DNA of 64,000 nt from Euglena gracilis. Taxonomy: Eukaryota. The stretch lies in contig CP154954.1 of the NCBI GenBank assembly GCA_039621445.1, positions 37,495,703 through 37,559,702 on the forward strand. The letters are read 5' to 3'. The first letter of the stretch is position 1. Each line of letters begins with the position of its first letter. Below are positions 48,807 to 60,620 of the stretch, one piece after another. Below the pieces are notes generated by a model. The model saw only the letters and a program-made list of their open reading frames with translations, was not told the DNA's origin and made no database searches. The position numbers were made by a program, and so were the translations under genes.

Positions 48807-51800
48807 GCCAGAAGTGTCCACCGAGGAATGGCGCGCCCCTGCCGCAGATCTCGCCCATCGACAGCAGCCTGGCCAACACGTTGGCGTGGGCAGCGGTGGC
48901 CAGCACCTACGGCTGGCTGTGGGTGGACTACCTCCGCCCACGGCTGCTGGGTGCCGCACCGCTGCCCATGCTCCGCGGTTGGGGGGGCTTTTGCCCTGGG
49001 TGTATGGTCTTGAAAACCGTTTTTTTTTTGGGAACGGTTTCTGCTAAAACCGGTCAATGTCAGTCGATTTTCAAGACAGGTGTCGGGTGAGATTTAAACA
49101 CATATGGACTTTTCGTGAACTCTGATACAAAAACTGTGTCCAGAACGCCGGTTCGGGGGCCCCGAGCGGATTTCCGGTGGTGGTCGCTGTGGTGGTCGGC
49201 CCGACCTTATCGACCTGTGGTGGTCGGGCCGACCTGGTCGGCCCGACCACCATTTTTTTGCACCACCCCCCCCCCCCCTTCTGGAAATTTAAGCCGGCGT
49301 TTGAGACGCCGGGTTCAGGACAGAACCGGCGTCCCCCCCCACGGGCTTCCGGACGCCGGTTCTGTACTAAAACCAGGCGTTAGGAACGCCGGCTTTGTCC
49401 AAAGCCCGGCGTCCGATTTTCATTCCTAAAAATGTCACCAAAAGTGTCCAAAAGTGGCCCTGAGGTGCTGGTATGAGTGTTTCAACCATCAAGGACAATG
49501 ATTTTTGCCATCTGGGGACCACTAGGGTGGATATCCAAATTTGGTGAAAATTGGCCCAGATTTGGAAATAGAGTACCGTGCAGCGTGGAAAGATCTGATG
49601 AGCACCGCTGGTCGTCTGTTGAAAAGAGCTTTCGATCGAGGGGTAACTTGGTACCCTAACGTTGCACGCAGCCCGAGATACGCTCGCGATCGTCGGATCG
49701 GCCAGAATCTGAGTCGAAATTTGTCGCAATTTTCAGTGATTTTTGGTTTAAGATGCTTAATAAACCTTACAGAAACGTTTTTCCTCTTCGAATCAACGAC
49801 CTGAGGGCCTTGGGGGGGGCACCAGAGTTGTGAAATTAGGATTCCCCACTGACAGAAAATAAGAGCTCCAGGCGACCTGGCTGAATTTGGTGGTGATCGC
49901 CAGTCGTCTGATGAAAAGAGCTTTCGATCGAGGGGTGAGTTTGTACCAGGACGATCAACACAGCCAGAAATACCCTCGCGATCGCCGGAATTTGGTGAAG
50001 TGCAAAGTGGTGTGACATTGCAGATCAGTGGTCGGAGGTTGGTCCTGGGAGTGTCCTTTGGCCGAAGGTTGGGTACGCCGGTTCTGTCCTGAGCCCGGCG
50101 TCTCTAAAACGCCGGGCTTTGGACAGAACCGGCGTCCGACACCTCTTTTTTGTAGTAAAGCCCCCCCCCCTGAAATTTTTTTTGTCCAAATCACCCCAAA
50201 ACCAGTCAAAACCCACTTAAATGGCTCCAGAACCCCCCAATCGGGGGTGAATATGCAAAAACTTGGGGGGGAAATGCCCATTTTGGGCCACTTTTGGCAA
50301 AAGAACACCACTCCCCATCGGATTTTCAATATAATTGCAAAATTTTGCACAAAAAGGATTTAGCCCTCCAAGTATGTTGCCAACATAGAGGGGATTTTGT
50401 TATTTGAGGGGGGGGTGCGGGGGGGCGGAGCCCCCCCTGCCTATGAAAAAGTGAGCCACAAAAACAACTTCTCCCCCGAGCATGTTGCCAACACAGAAGG
50501 GATTATTTGACGTTCGGATGGGGGTGGAGGGAGGAGTTTCCTGCCTCTCGTGATGCAGAATGCTTGCATTTCTAAAGGATTTTCATGTAATCCCTGTTTC
50601 ATCATTGTTTTTTTTTACCCCTCCGGGCCCCCATCAGGGGTCCACCGACCCCCCACCGACCAAAGATTTCCATCTGGGGGTGTTTATTTAGGCGTAAGAC
50701 ACTTATTTGGACCCATCCGGACCATTTCCGGGTGATTTGGGCCCGCCACAGACCATGTTTATAACCACCGACCAGCCACCGACTTGTTTGCATGGGATTT
50801 TCTTCAGGGGTACTTAAATGTCGGCGGTACTGACCCGTTAGTACATTAGAGTAGGTAGGCAGACTACCCAATACCCCCCCCACCCCGTCCTCCCCACCCC
50901 ACCTCGCCGACCAGCTACCGACCATTAGTCGGCCGACTCCCCCCCCACCCCCCAGTCTACTGCCATGCGCCACGAAGGCCTCCTGGTCGAAGGCCGCACA
51001 GCGGCCGAGGGCCGCCGCAACGGCCGAAGGCCGCTGCAATTCAGACCAACCAGTCGGCCAACTACCCAATACCCCGCCACCAAGTCTCGCCAACTAGCTA
51101 CCGACCGTTAGTCGACCGACTACCCCCCCCTGCCAATCTACCGCCATGCGCCCCGAAGGCCGCCTGGCCGAAGGCCGTGCATCGGCCGAAGGCCGAAGCC
51201 CGCGCAGCGGCCGAAGGCCGCTGCAATTCAGAACTTGAAAAGTTGATGACGTTATTTAAAGGAGTAGGGTTAGGGTCAAGTTTCCATCCCTAACTGTCCC
51301 ATCCCATCCCCTCAACGTCGTTAAATTGGTGTCTGCAGGGGACCCAGCGAACCCAAAGAGGCGCCCAACTAGGGTTAAAAACATTGGGGGACCCGAGCGA
51401 GGCGCCGAAGGCGCCGAGCGAGGGTCCCCCAATGTGTATTAACCCTAGTTGGGCGCCTCTTTGGGGTAGCTGGTCCCCTGCAGGCACCACTTTTTCACGC
51501 ATCAGTCACCGACCCTTCAGCTGGTCGATCGACCCTTCAACTGTTTGGTGGCAGGCTGGAAAGGGGGGCTGGTCGGCCGACTAGTCGGCTGACTAGCCAA
51601 TTGGTTGGCCAACCGACGGCGCCAATTGGTCGGTTGGCCTAGTCGGCAGCTAGTCGGTGAGACAGGGGGGGGGGGCCAGTTGGCCGACTAGTCGGCGAAC
51701 TACCCACTCTGTGCTACTGAGTCAACTGCCGACTTTTAAACCCCCCCTGAAAGAAAACTTCGGATCGGGTGGAGGGGGGAGTTTTTCTGCCTCTCGTGAG

Positions 51801-52341
51801 AGTCATGGCCAGTTTCCCCCTACGACCCCCAGGACCCACCGGGGGGCGGTACCCACTTTAGAATAACCTGAACTTGTGCTGCAAAATTTTTGCCAAAAAA
51901 ATGCGGGACCCACCAAGGACCCCCCCCCCCAGCACCCCCCCAGGACACCCCCCAGCACCCTCCGAAGTCTGACTGGGGGGGACCTGGCCAGGACCCCCCC
52001 AGGTCCCCCCAGGACCCCCCCAGGACATGGTCACTGGCCATAAATGCATTTCCATCACATAAGTGCATAAGGACATCAGAACTGGCCATAAGTGCATTTC
52101 CGGGTGATTTGGGGCCTTCACAGACCATTTTTATGCCCACCGACCAGCCACCGACCACCCACCGACCAGGGGGGGGGGGGCTTAAAAATGCAAAAAAGGG
52201 GGGTAGTGCAAAAAAATGGTGGTCGGCCCGACCACCACAGGTCGGTCGACCACCACCACAGGTCGGGCCGACCATGGTCGGCCCGACCACCACAGCGACC
52301 ACCACCGGAAATCTGCACGGAGCCAATAGGAGCCCGGTTCG

Positions 52342-55300
52342 GGCGTTCTGGACACAGTTGTTGAAACCGTGGATTAGGGGCTCTGGCTTCACGCCCGAAC
52401 CGGCGTTCAAGGAATGCAGGCCAATTTCGGCCTAAATACCCATTTTTCGAACATTTTGGAGCATTTTTGGCTCCTTTGGGCGCATGGCCATGTCGATGGG
52501 CCGATTGAAGTTTTCACTGGTCTGGTGCCATATCACCCATCGATCGAAAGCTCTTCTCAAGGGCTTTTGGTAGATGGCCACAGGATTCAGCCATTATGCA
52601 CAGCGCTTATTTTCAGCGATCGTGCATTCCAAAATTTGACATCTTAATTTGTGAAATCCCACACCTCAGGTGCCATACAGCATATCAATTGAAAGCTCTC
52701 GCCAAGACCTTTCATTTGGACCCTCAGAACTCAGCTACACTGCAGAGCACTCTGAAAATCGGCGATCGCATTTTCCGACCCTGTTTGCAAAGTCGAAATT
52801 CCTATGTTTCACCAGCCATGTTGCCCATCGATCGAAAGCTCTTCTCAGGGGCTTTCAGCAGATGGCCTTGGATTCCAGCCGTGGTGTATGGTGTTCTACT
52901 TCAAAAACTCCCCAAATTTGGCCAAATGGAAATTGTTGCACAAAATACCCCAATATCTGGCCAAATACGGTACTTGTCTGTTATCGCACGACGCACGTTA
53001 TCGCACGACGCCCTTGGAACGGCCAGAATGCTTTCCCTTGGGGTCTGTTTCAGCCGTTTTGGGTGGTTTTGTGGTTATTTTGTGAAGGGAGGCGAGGCCC
53101 TGCCGTACCCCTTGGCACACCACACAAGGGGAAACCCAAAGGCGGCAGACAGGCAGGGGGATAGAAAGATAAAGCGTGCCGACCATTCGGCCCCAAAAGG
53201 GATTTGCCATCCTGAACACATGGAGAGAAACAGGGCAATTTGCCCAAATTTGGCCAAATTCAAAAAAGGCAAAATCTTCGCAATTACAACTCCCAACCCT
53301 AACCCCATTCCTCCCAATAACCCAATACAGCCACCGGAAGAGGAAAGGAAGGCGTCGTGCGATAACCAAAAGGGGGGGGTATGTCGTGCGATAACAGACA
53401 AGTACCCCAAATACCCCCCAAAAACTGCTCAGATGTGATTACCACGTGTCTACTAACCATTTTGAACACTTTTTGGCACTTTTTATTTTCGATCCCCTGG
53501 ACGCCATCTTCCCGCCCGAACCGGCGTTCTGGACGCCGGTTCGGCGCAAAAATTTCTGCGCCGAACCGGCGTCCAGAACGCCGGTTCGGGCGTGAAGCCA
53601 GAGCCCCAATACACGGTTTCAAGGTTATGCCCATATGCTCGCAGTTGTCGAAACGATGGATTAAGGGTCATGCCCGAACCTGCGTTCAAGGAATCATGAT
53701 TGAAAATTTTCACCTCAGACGCCATTTCACTCCCCCCCCAGCACAAAAATTTGAATAAAACATTGTCGTTCAAAGTATTCCCATTGCTCCAGAACGCCGG
53801 TTTGGGCGAACGCCAAGTTGGGCTGACGCTTGAACCGGTGTTCTGAGGAATGGCTTTCTGTGGCCCCAAATTTTTTACTTGCGCTTTTGCGCCGGAAATT
53901 TTTTTGCACAGGGGGTCCGACCCCCCCCCCCCCCCCCGGGGTCCAGACCCCCCACTCACAATACACTTAGCGTCTGAAATGCTTGCCCACAACCTGTCAA
54001 GGTTTTGGCCTGGAGCCCTCAAAAAAGTTTGCCCAAAGGTCTCAAATTTTTTTTGCACTGCGCCCCAAAATTCTTGCACTTTGTTCCAAAAAAATTTGCA
54101 CTTTGCCATTTAAACCGGCGTTTGAGACGCCGGGTTCAGGACAGAACCAGCGTCCCCCCCACGGGTTTTCCGGACGCCGGTTCTGTACTAAAACCCGGCG
54201 TTAGGAACGCCGGCTTTGTCCAAAGCCCGGCGTCCGGTTTTCATTCCTAAAAATGTCATCAAAAGTGCCCAAAAGTGACCCTAAGGTGCTGGTATGACTG
54301 CCATCTGAGGACCAGTGGGGTGGATATCCAAATTTGGTGAAAATTGGCCCAGATTTGGAAATAGAGTACCGTGCGGCGTGGAAAGATCTGATGAGCACCG
54401 CTGGTCATCTGTTGAAAAGAGCTTTCGATCGAGGGGTAACTTGGCACCCTAACGTTGCACACAGCCCGAGATACGCTCGCGATCGTCGGACCAGCCAGAA
54501 TCTGAGTCGAAATTTGTGGTAATTTTCAGTGATTTTTGGTTTAAGATGCTGAATAAACCTTACAGACACGTTTTTTCTCTTGAAACCGTGTATTGGGGCT
54601 CTGGCTTCACGCCCGAACCGGCGTTCCAGAACGCCGGTTCGGCGCAGAAAATTTTGCGCCGAACCGGCGTTCTGGAACGCCGGTTCGGGCGGGAAGATGG
54701 CGTCCAGGGGACCGAACATAAAAAGTGCCAAAAAATGTTCAAAATGCTTAGCAGACATGTGGCAATCACATCTGAGCAGTTTTTGGGGGGTAATTGGCCA
54801 TATATTGGGGTATTTTGTGCAACAATTTCCATTTGGCCAAATTTAGGGAATTTTTGAAATAGAATACCATGCAGCACGGCTGAAATCTAAGGCCATCTGC
54901 TGAAAGTCCTTGAGAAGAGCTTTCGATCGATGGGCAACATGGCTGGTGAAACATCGGAATTTCGACTTTGCAAACAGGGTCGGAAAATGCGATCGCCGAT
55001 TTTCAGAGTGCTCTGCAGTGTAGCTGAGTTCTGAGGGTCCAAATGAAAGGTCTTGGCGAGAGCTTTCAATTGATATGCTGTATGGCACCTGAGGTGTGGG
55101 ATTTCACAAATTAAGATGTCAAATTTTGGAATGCACGATCGCTGAAAATAAGCGCTGTGCATAATGGCTGAATCCTGTGGCCATCTACCAAAAGCCCTTG
55201 AGAAGAGCTTTCGATCGATGGGTGATATGGCACCAGACCAGTGAAAACTTCAATCGGCCCATCGACATGGCCATGCGCCCAAAGGAGCCAAAAATGCTCC

Positions 55301-55416
55301 AAAATGTTCGAAAAATGGGTATTTAGGCCGAAATTGGCCTGCATTCCTTGAACGCCGGTTCGAGCGTGAAGCCAGAGCCCCTAATCCACGGTTTCAACAA
55401 CTGTGTCCAGAACGCC
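52342..55416. repeat. Large inverted repeat (arms 52342-53623 and 54579-55416, ~950-bp spacer)
   Basis: ORFs 52414-52647 (+) and 55111-55344 (-) translate identically; the left arm carries an extra MITE. Confidence 0.9.
52969..53406. mobile_element. GGTAC-ended MITE with 8-bp TSD (Merlin-like by ends and TSD)
   Basis: TIR GGTACTTGTCTGTTATCGCACGAC; perfect TSD CCAAATAC. Confidence 0.9.
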
Positions 55417-55996
55417 GGTTCGGACCACGGAACTGTGTTCCGTGGTCCGAACCGGCGTTCTGGACACAGTTTTCGTATCACAAATCGACCACCTGAGGGG
55501 TCCGGGGGGTACCAGAGTTATGAAATTAGGATTTCCCAGTGACAGAAAATAAGAGCTCCAGGCGGCGTGGCTGAATTTGGTGGTGATCGCCAGTCGTCTG
55601 ATGAAAAGAGCTTTCAATCGAGGGGTGAGTTTGTACCAGGACGATCAACACAGCCAGAAATACCCTCGCGTGTCAGTAGAATTTCAAGACAGGCGTCGGG
55701 CCCAGAAAATAGGTTTTAAAGTATGGTTTGGGTGTTTCATAACGAGAAATTTCCCTTTTGTTTTTTTTTGATGTTTTTTTTAGTGTTTTTTTTTAAAAAA
55801 AGCACGTTGTTTTGTTTTTTTTTTAAAAAAACAAAAAAAATGCCCACTATGGTTCAGGACAGAACCGGCGTCCCCGCCCTTCGGTCAAAGGACACTCCCA
55901 GGACCAATCCCCGTCCACTTATCTGCAAAGTCACGCCACTTTGCATTTCACCAAATTCCGGCGATCATTAACGGATTTCAGCCTGAAATTGTTTGT

Positions 55997-56943
55997 GTCA
56001 GTCGATTTCCATTCAGGCGCCCGTTTATGTCAGTCGATTTCCATTCAGGCGCCCGTTTATGTCAGTCAATTTCCATTCAGGCGCCCGTTTATGTCGGTCG
56101 ATTTCCATTCCATTGAAATCTGTTGCTGGTCAGATTGGGAATTTTTAGTGACTTTTTGGACATTTTGGATCTCCCTTTTTTGAAGACATTTTTGGTCCTA
56201 TGGGGTTGTGGAGGCGTTATGGACCAGAAAAAAACCAAATTTTGTGGTCAGGTGATCACAGCTGGCTGAACTTTGGATGGAACAGACGGAAGGACGGAGC
56301 TGAAGATTATCATTTTCTGGGACTTCAGACAAAGCATTCGGCAAATTTGCCCTGAACCAGTTGTTATCACTGGTCATCTGAAAGAAAAGCTTTTGGGTGA
56401 GGAGTGATTTGGCCACGTTAAACCTATTTTCTGGGCTCGACGCCTGTATTGCAATTCTATTCTATTGCAAGGCTGTGTTCCTGGCAACATGGCTTTGGTC
56501 AAAATCTGTGTTTCTAAAAAAATGCAGAGTCTGCGTTTTAGGCACAGTTCTTGAGATAGAGCTTGTTCTTGTCAAAATGGAAGAAAAAATGCATTCCGAA
56601 AAAATGCAGAGTCTGCGTTTAAGACACAGTTCTTGATGTAGAGATTGTTTCTTTCAAAATGGAAGAAAAGCTGCATTCCGAAAAAGGGAACAACAGGTTG
56701 GGTCGACATTAACGGATTTCAGGCTGAAACCTAAAATGTCCCGAAACGGAACAAAAGGGCATTCAAAAAAAGGACACAAAAGGTCGGTCGATTTCCAAGA
56801 CATCGGAAACCGTTTATGTCAGTCGATTTCCATTCAGGCGCCCGTTAGTGTCGGTCGATTTCCATTCAGGCGCCCGTTAGTGTCGGTCGATTTCTATTCA
56901 GGCGCCCGTTAGTGTCGGTCGATTTCCATTCAGGCGCCCGTTA
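55997..56943. repeat. Two arrays of a 31-bp repeat GTC(A/G)GTCGATTTCCATTCAGGCGCCCGTT.. (55997-56110, 56818-56943); related copies at 30227-30275 and 30768-30830
   Basis: Head-to-tail units with no spacers; probably subterminal repeats of a ~1-kb element. Confidence 0.88.
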
Positions 56944-58152
56944 ATGGGCCAAAAACCACTTTTTTGACCATATTTCCGTCCAGGCGGTTCGGTCGAATGA
57001 ATATCAAGACAGGCGTCGGGCCCAGACAAAATAGGTTTTAGAAAAATCGACCGACACTAACAGATTCAGCAGGGGCGCCGGGCGGCTCGCTTCGCTCGCT
57101 CGCGCCCGGCGACCATACTGAATCTGTTAGTGTCGGTCGATTTTTGTATAGAATCCTACTCAGTTCAAAAAGTGCCAAAAATGGTCGAAAACATCCAAAA
57201 AAGCAGAAAAAATGCAATTTTATTACTTTTTCCGTTTTTTATGGGAGGTAGTCTTTGGCAAAACTGAACCAAAAGTTACCAAAAATGACCGAAAATACGC
57301 ATTCAAAATTTTTTCTTTACAAAACCTAGTGGGCGTTTTTTTTGTTTTTTTTAAAAAAACATTGTTTGAAATAAAAAAAAACAAAAAAAACAAAGAAAAA
57401 AAAAACAGGCATGACCACTATGTCCTGAACCCGGCGTCTCTAAAACGCCGCTTTAAACAAGGGGTGGCGGACGCCGGTTCTGTCCAAAACCCGGCGTTCC
57501 GGACGCCGGTTCCGTCCGGAATGCCGGGTTTTGGACAGAACCGGCGTCCGCCACCCCTTTCTTGTAGTATACTTTTGTCCAAAAAAAAAGGCTTACACAA
57601 TAGGTACACTCCGGTTGAAGTTTAAAAAGGCAATTGTGCAAAACACCCAATCCAAGGGCAAAAAAATTCGGAACGAATGCTTTTGGAATGTGCAACCACT
57701 TTTGAGGAAAAGTGCGAACAAATTGGTGGTATGTGCAAACATTTTTGAGATTAAGTGCAAGAAAATTGACCGGAAGTGTAAAAGCATGCGGAGCGAAGTG
57801 CAAAAAAATTCGGTTGTTAGGTGTAAAAAATATTTTCTTAAAAAGGTATGTTTTTTTAAAAAAAAACAAAAACAAACCGTCAACCTTGGCACTCGGCCGA
57901 CTACCCACCACCCACTCCCCTCCCAGTCGACTGTCTGGCACCCGTGCCGACCCCTCCCCCCTGTCCCTCCAATATGAAACACCCCCTCGGGAGCCAAAAT
58001 CCTGAGGATGTTGCAGCTATGCCATGGTGTGGGGAATCGGTCTCAGCCAAAGCCCCCCCCCCCCGCCTTGTACGGCAAGGGGGTGCATGGGTGCATGTGG
58101 GGGGGGGGGAGGTGATGGGGGGGGGGGAATGGACAACTGCAATGGTCTGGTC

Positions 58153-58298
58153 CAAATCCTTTGCTTTGCCCCGTCACTGTATTCCGCCAAACAGTTAAAG
58201 ACGATACCACACCGTAAATTTCAACAAGGTTTCGCAAATCTGCTTCATGATAAGACAATGGAAGGTTCCGAATGAAGACGTTCTTGTTCATAACCGCT
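58153..58298 (-). CDS. RRM protein exon 1 (ATG at 58291; first half of RRM1)
   Basis: MNKNVFIRNLPLSYHEADLRNLVEIYGVVSSLTVWRNTVTGQSKGF; preceded by the acceptor TTCTTGCATTTTCCTTTGCAG (cis or SL trans-splice). Confidence 0.9.
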
Positions 58299-58379
58299 CT
58301 GCAAAGGAAAATGCAAGAATAGTTTTTGGTGTATTTTTGGGGGGTTTACACGTGCGATTTTGTTGATTGAATAAACGAC

Positions 58380-58894
58380 GGTACTTGCCAGCGCACGACG
58401 GACCCACCCTTTCAATTATCGCACAACGCCTTTTGAACGGCCAGAATCCTCTCCCTTGGGGTCCGTTTCGGCCATTTTGGGTGGTTTTTGTGGTTTCCAT
58501 GACCCCCTCCCAAGGGGGGTCACTTAGTGGGGGGGGGTCGGAAAACAAAAACTTGATATCACCCCCACCTTTTGGGGGGGAGGGAATTTTTGTGTGAAAT
58601 TCGTGATCTACACCATTTCCCCATCACGTCAAAAATTTCGGAAAATTCTTCAAAAAAAGAACTCTTTTATGACCATTTTAGCTTACGGAAAATATTATGC
58701 ATGTTCCAGCCGGACCCCGGAGGACCACTTAGGGGGGGGGTCGTTTGGGGTTCGCAAAAAAGGCGAAGTGTTCGCAATTACAACTCCTGACCCTAACCCT
58801 GTTCCTCCCAATAACCCTATACAGTCAATGGAAGACGAAAAGAAGACGTGATAACCGAAAGGGGGGGTCCGTCGTGCGATAACAGACAAGTACC
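58380..58894. mobile_element. Older GGTAC-ended MITE (same family as 52969)
   Basis: Right TIR intact, left TIR partly deleted; TSD TAAACGAC/CAAACAAC (6/8). Confidence 0.75.
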
Positions 58895-59126
58895 CAAACA
58901 ACATCTTTGGCCGACACCTTTGGCCCCAGCAGCAACACCCGGGCAGTTCCCTTATGGGGACAAAATCTTTCTTCCTCCCTGCCTTGCCACCTTTGGGACC
59001 ACCTTCCCAAAACCATCGCCAAAAGGGAATTTCTTAAGGACCCCCCGGGGGGGGGGGTCCAGCCGGCTGGCAAAAAGGCTGCTGGCAGCCAGCAGCTCAA
59101 ATCCAGCCAGCAGCCCAAATTCGGGC

Positions 59127-59431
59127 GGTACTTGTCTGTTAGTCGATCCACGGCAGTGCATCAAGTCTGTTAGTCGATCCACACCCTATTCAACCCTATT
59201 CAATAGGAATGACCACTTTCAGTGCAAAACAGGATGTGTGACGTCATAATTTGACCATGTGACGTCATACACAAGCAAAATGATGACCGTATGACGTCAT
59301 ACTTGAGTGTGTGACCCGGGGATGACGTCATAAGGTCCAAATCAGCTGCATATTTGACGTCATCAAAGCATAGGGGAAGAAAGGGTGTGGATCGAGTCGT
59401 TTTGCCGTGGATCGACTAACAGACAAGTACC
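59127..59431. mobile_element. GGTAC-ended MITE with five TGACGTCA palindromes
   Basis: 29-bp perfect TIR GGTACTTGTCTGTTAGTCGATCCACGGCA; perfect TSD ATTCGGGC. Nested in an inverted relative of the 26640-26957 repeat. Confidence 0.92.
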
Positions 59432-60087
59432 ATTCGGGCTGGGAGCCTCCCCCCCCCCCCCAGGGGTCGAGTGAAATAAAGTCGGGTCCAGCCCGGCCGG
59501 AGGCCGGTCACAGGCTGGCCAGCCAACTGGGCTGCCCAGCTCACTTATCCCTGCATTTTCCCCCTCATCACAGCCCCTCCATCACAGCCCCCCAGCCTTG
59601 ATCTAGCTCCACCCATCAAAATGTCGAAGATGGCAAAAATGTGTTAGAAAAATTTGTTTTTCCTCGACCAGCCCTCCAGCACCGGCCCCCCCCCCCCCCC
59701 CCCCCCCGCGGGGGGCAGCCATACCCCCCCAAATAAGCCCCCCCCCCCCCGGGCCGATCAAGGAAAAATCCAAAAATAAGACCCCTCCTCATAAAAAAAG
59801 ACCCCCCTTGATCCCCCTTGCCGCGGACGGTGAAAGTTTTCCCTGAAAATTACCAAAACCCCAATTTCATGCACATGAAATTTCCAAAGTTTTCAGATTT
59901 TTGAAGTGGGGGGGAGGAGGGGGAGGGAGGGTGGTCCCGGTCCGTCGCAGGTGATTTTTTTCCCGGTCAGAAAACGCCGGCAACCACCCTGCAGCAGCCG
60001 CTGCAAGTGGTGGTCCTGTGCCAGTGCATCGAGCCACACCCCCCCACAGCGGGCTACCACGCGAGCGCCCGCGCGGGGGAGGCCCAG

Positions 60088-60155
60088 TTCTGAGTGTCTA
60101 TTTTTTGTTTTTTGTTTTTGTTTTCTTTGTCTTTCTGAGTGTCTATTTTTTTCCG
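60088..60155 (+). other. Two euglenid spliced-leader exon copies (partial 60088-60106; near-complete 60131-60155)
   Basis: CTTTCTGAGTGTCTATTTTTTTCCG versus the Euglena SL ACTTTCTGAGTGTCTATTTTTTTTCG. No GT donor or SL intron follows, so these are not SL RNA genes. Confidence 0.88.
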
Positions 60156-60430
60156 CATAATAAATGGCGGACAATTGAAAGCCCCTGGTGGGGTCAAGTA
60201 TCCAAGTCAAGAATTCAACTACAATCGAAAGTCACTTACAAGTCCTGCTGGTGCAGGCAGAAGAAGAAGGCAGAAGTCCTGCTGGTGCAGGCGGAAGAAG
60301 GCAGAAGTCCTGCTGGTGCAGGCAGCGGTATTCAAGTTACAAGTTTTGGGCTTCAGCCCTTTGGTGGTACTGCAGGAGCTCATCGTGCTGTCTATGGACG
60401 GTATGGCCTTTATGGCTTATCTGGTTTCTT

Positions 60431-60620
60431 TGGGCCTGAAAAGGCCCCCACCAACCTTTTTGGGCCTGAAAAGGTCCCCCCAGCCACTGAGCCTGCAAAG
60501 GCCCCCCCAGTCACTGGGCCTGAAAAGGTCCCCCCAGCCACTGGGCCTGAAAAGGCCCCCCCAGCCACTGGGCCTGAAAAGGCCCCCCCAGCCACTGGGC
60601 CTGCAAAGGCCCCCCCCCCA
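60431..60620 (+). repeat. 27-bp tandem repeat (GPEKAPPAT-coding), ~7 copies
   Basis: CTGGGCCTGAAAAGG(C/T)CCCCCCAGCCA units. Confidence 0.92.

Larger units (their letters stand above)
41091..58152 (-). other. Non-conventional intron, 17,062 nt, filled with nested repeats
   Basis: Starts GAC-CAGACCATTG and ends CAATGGTGTG-ATATG. Removal restores RNP1 KGFG|LIEF in frame. The exact cut can slide within the repeated TGGAC. Confidence 0.8.

Noticed and set aside
55997-56943. 31-bp repeats as a CRISPR array
   Set aside because: Head-to-tail units with no unique spacers, no cas genes, and a eukaryotic context.
60088-60155. Functional SL RNA genes
   Set aside because: No GT donor or SL intron follows either copy, and there is no array context.
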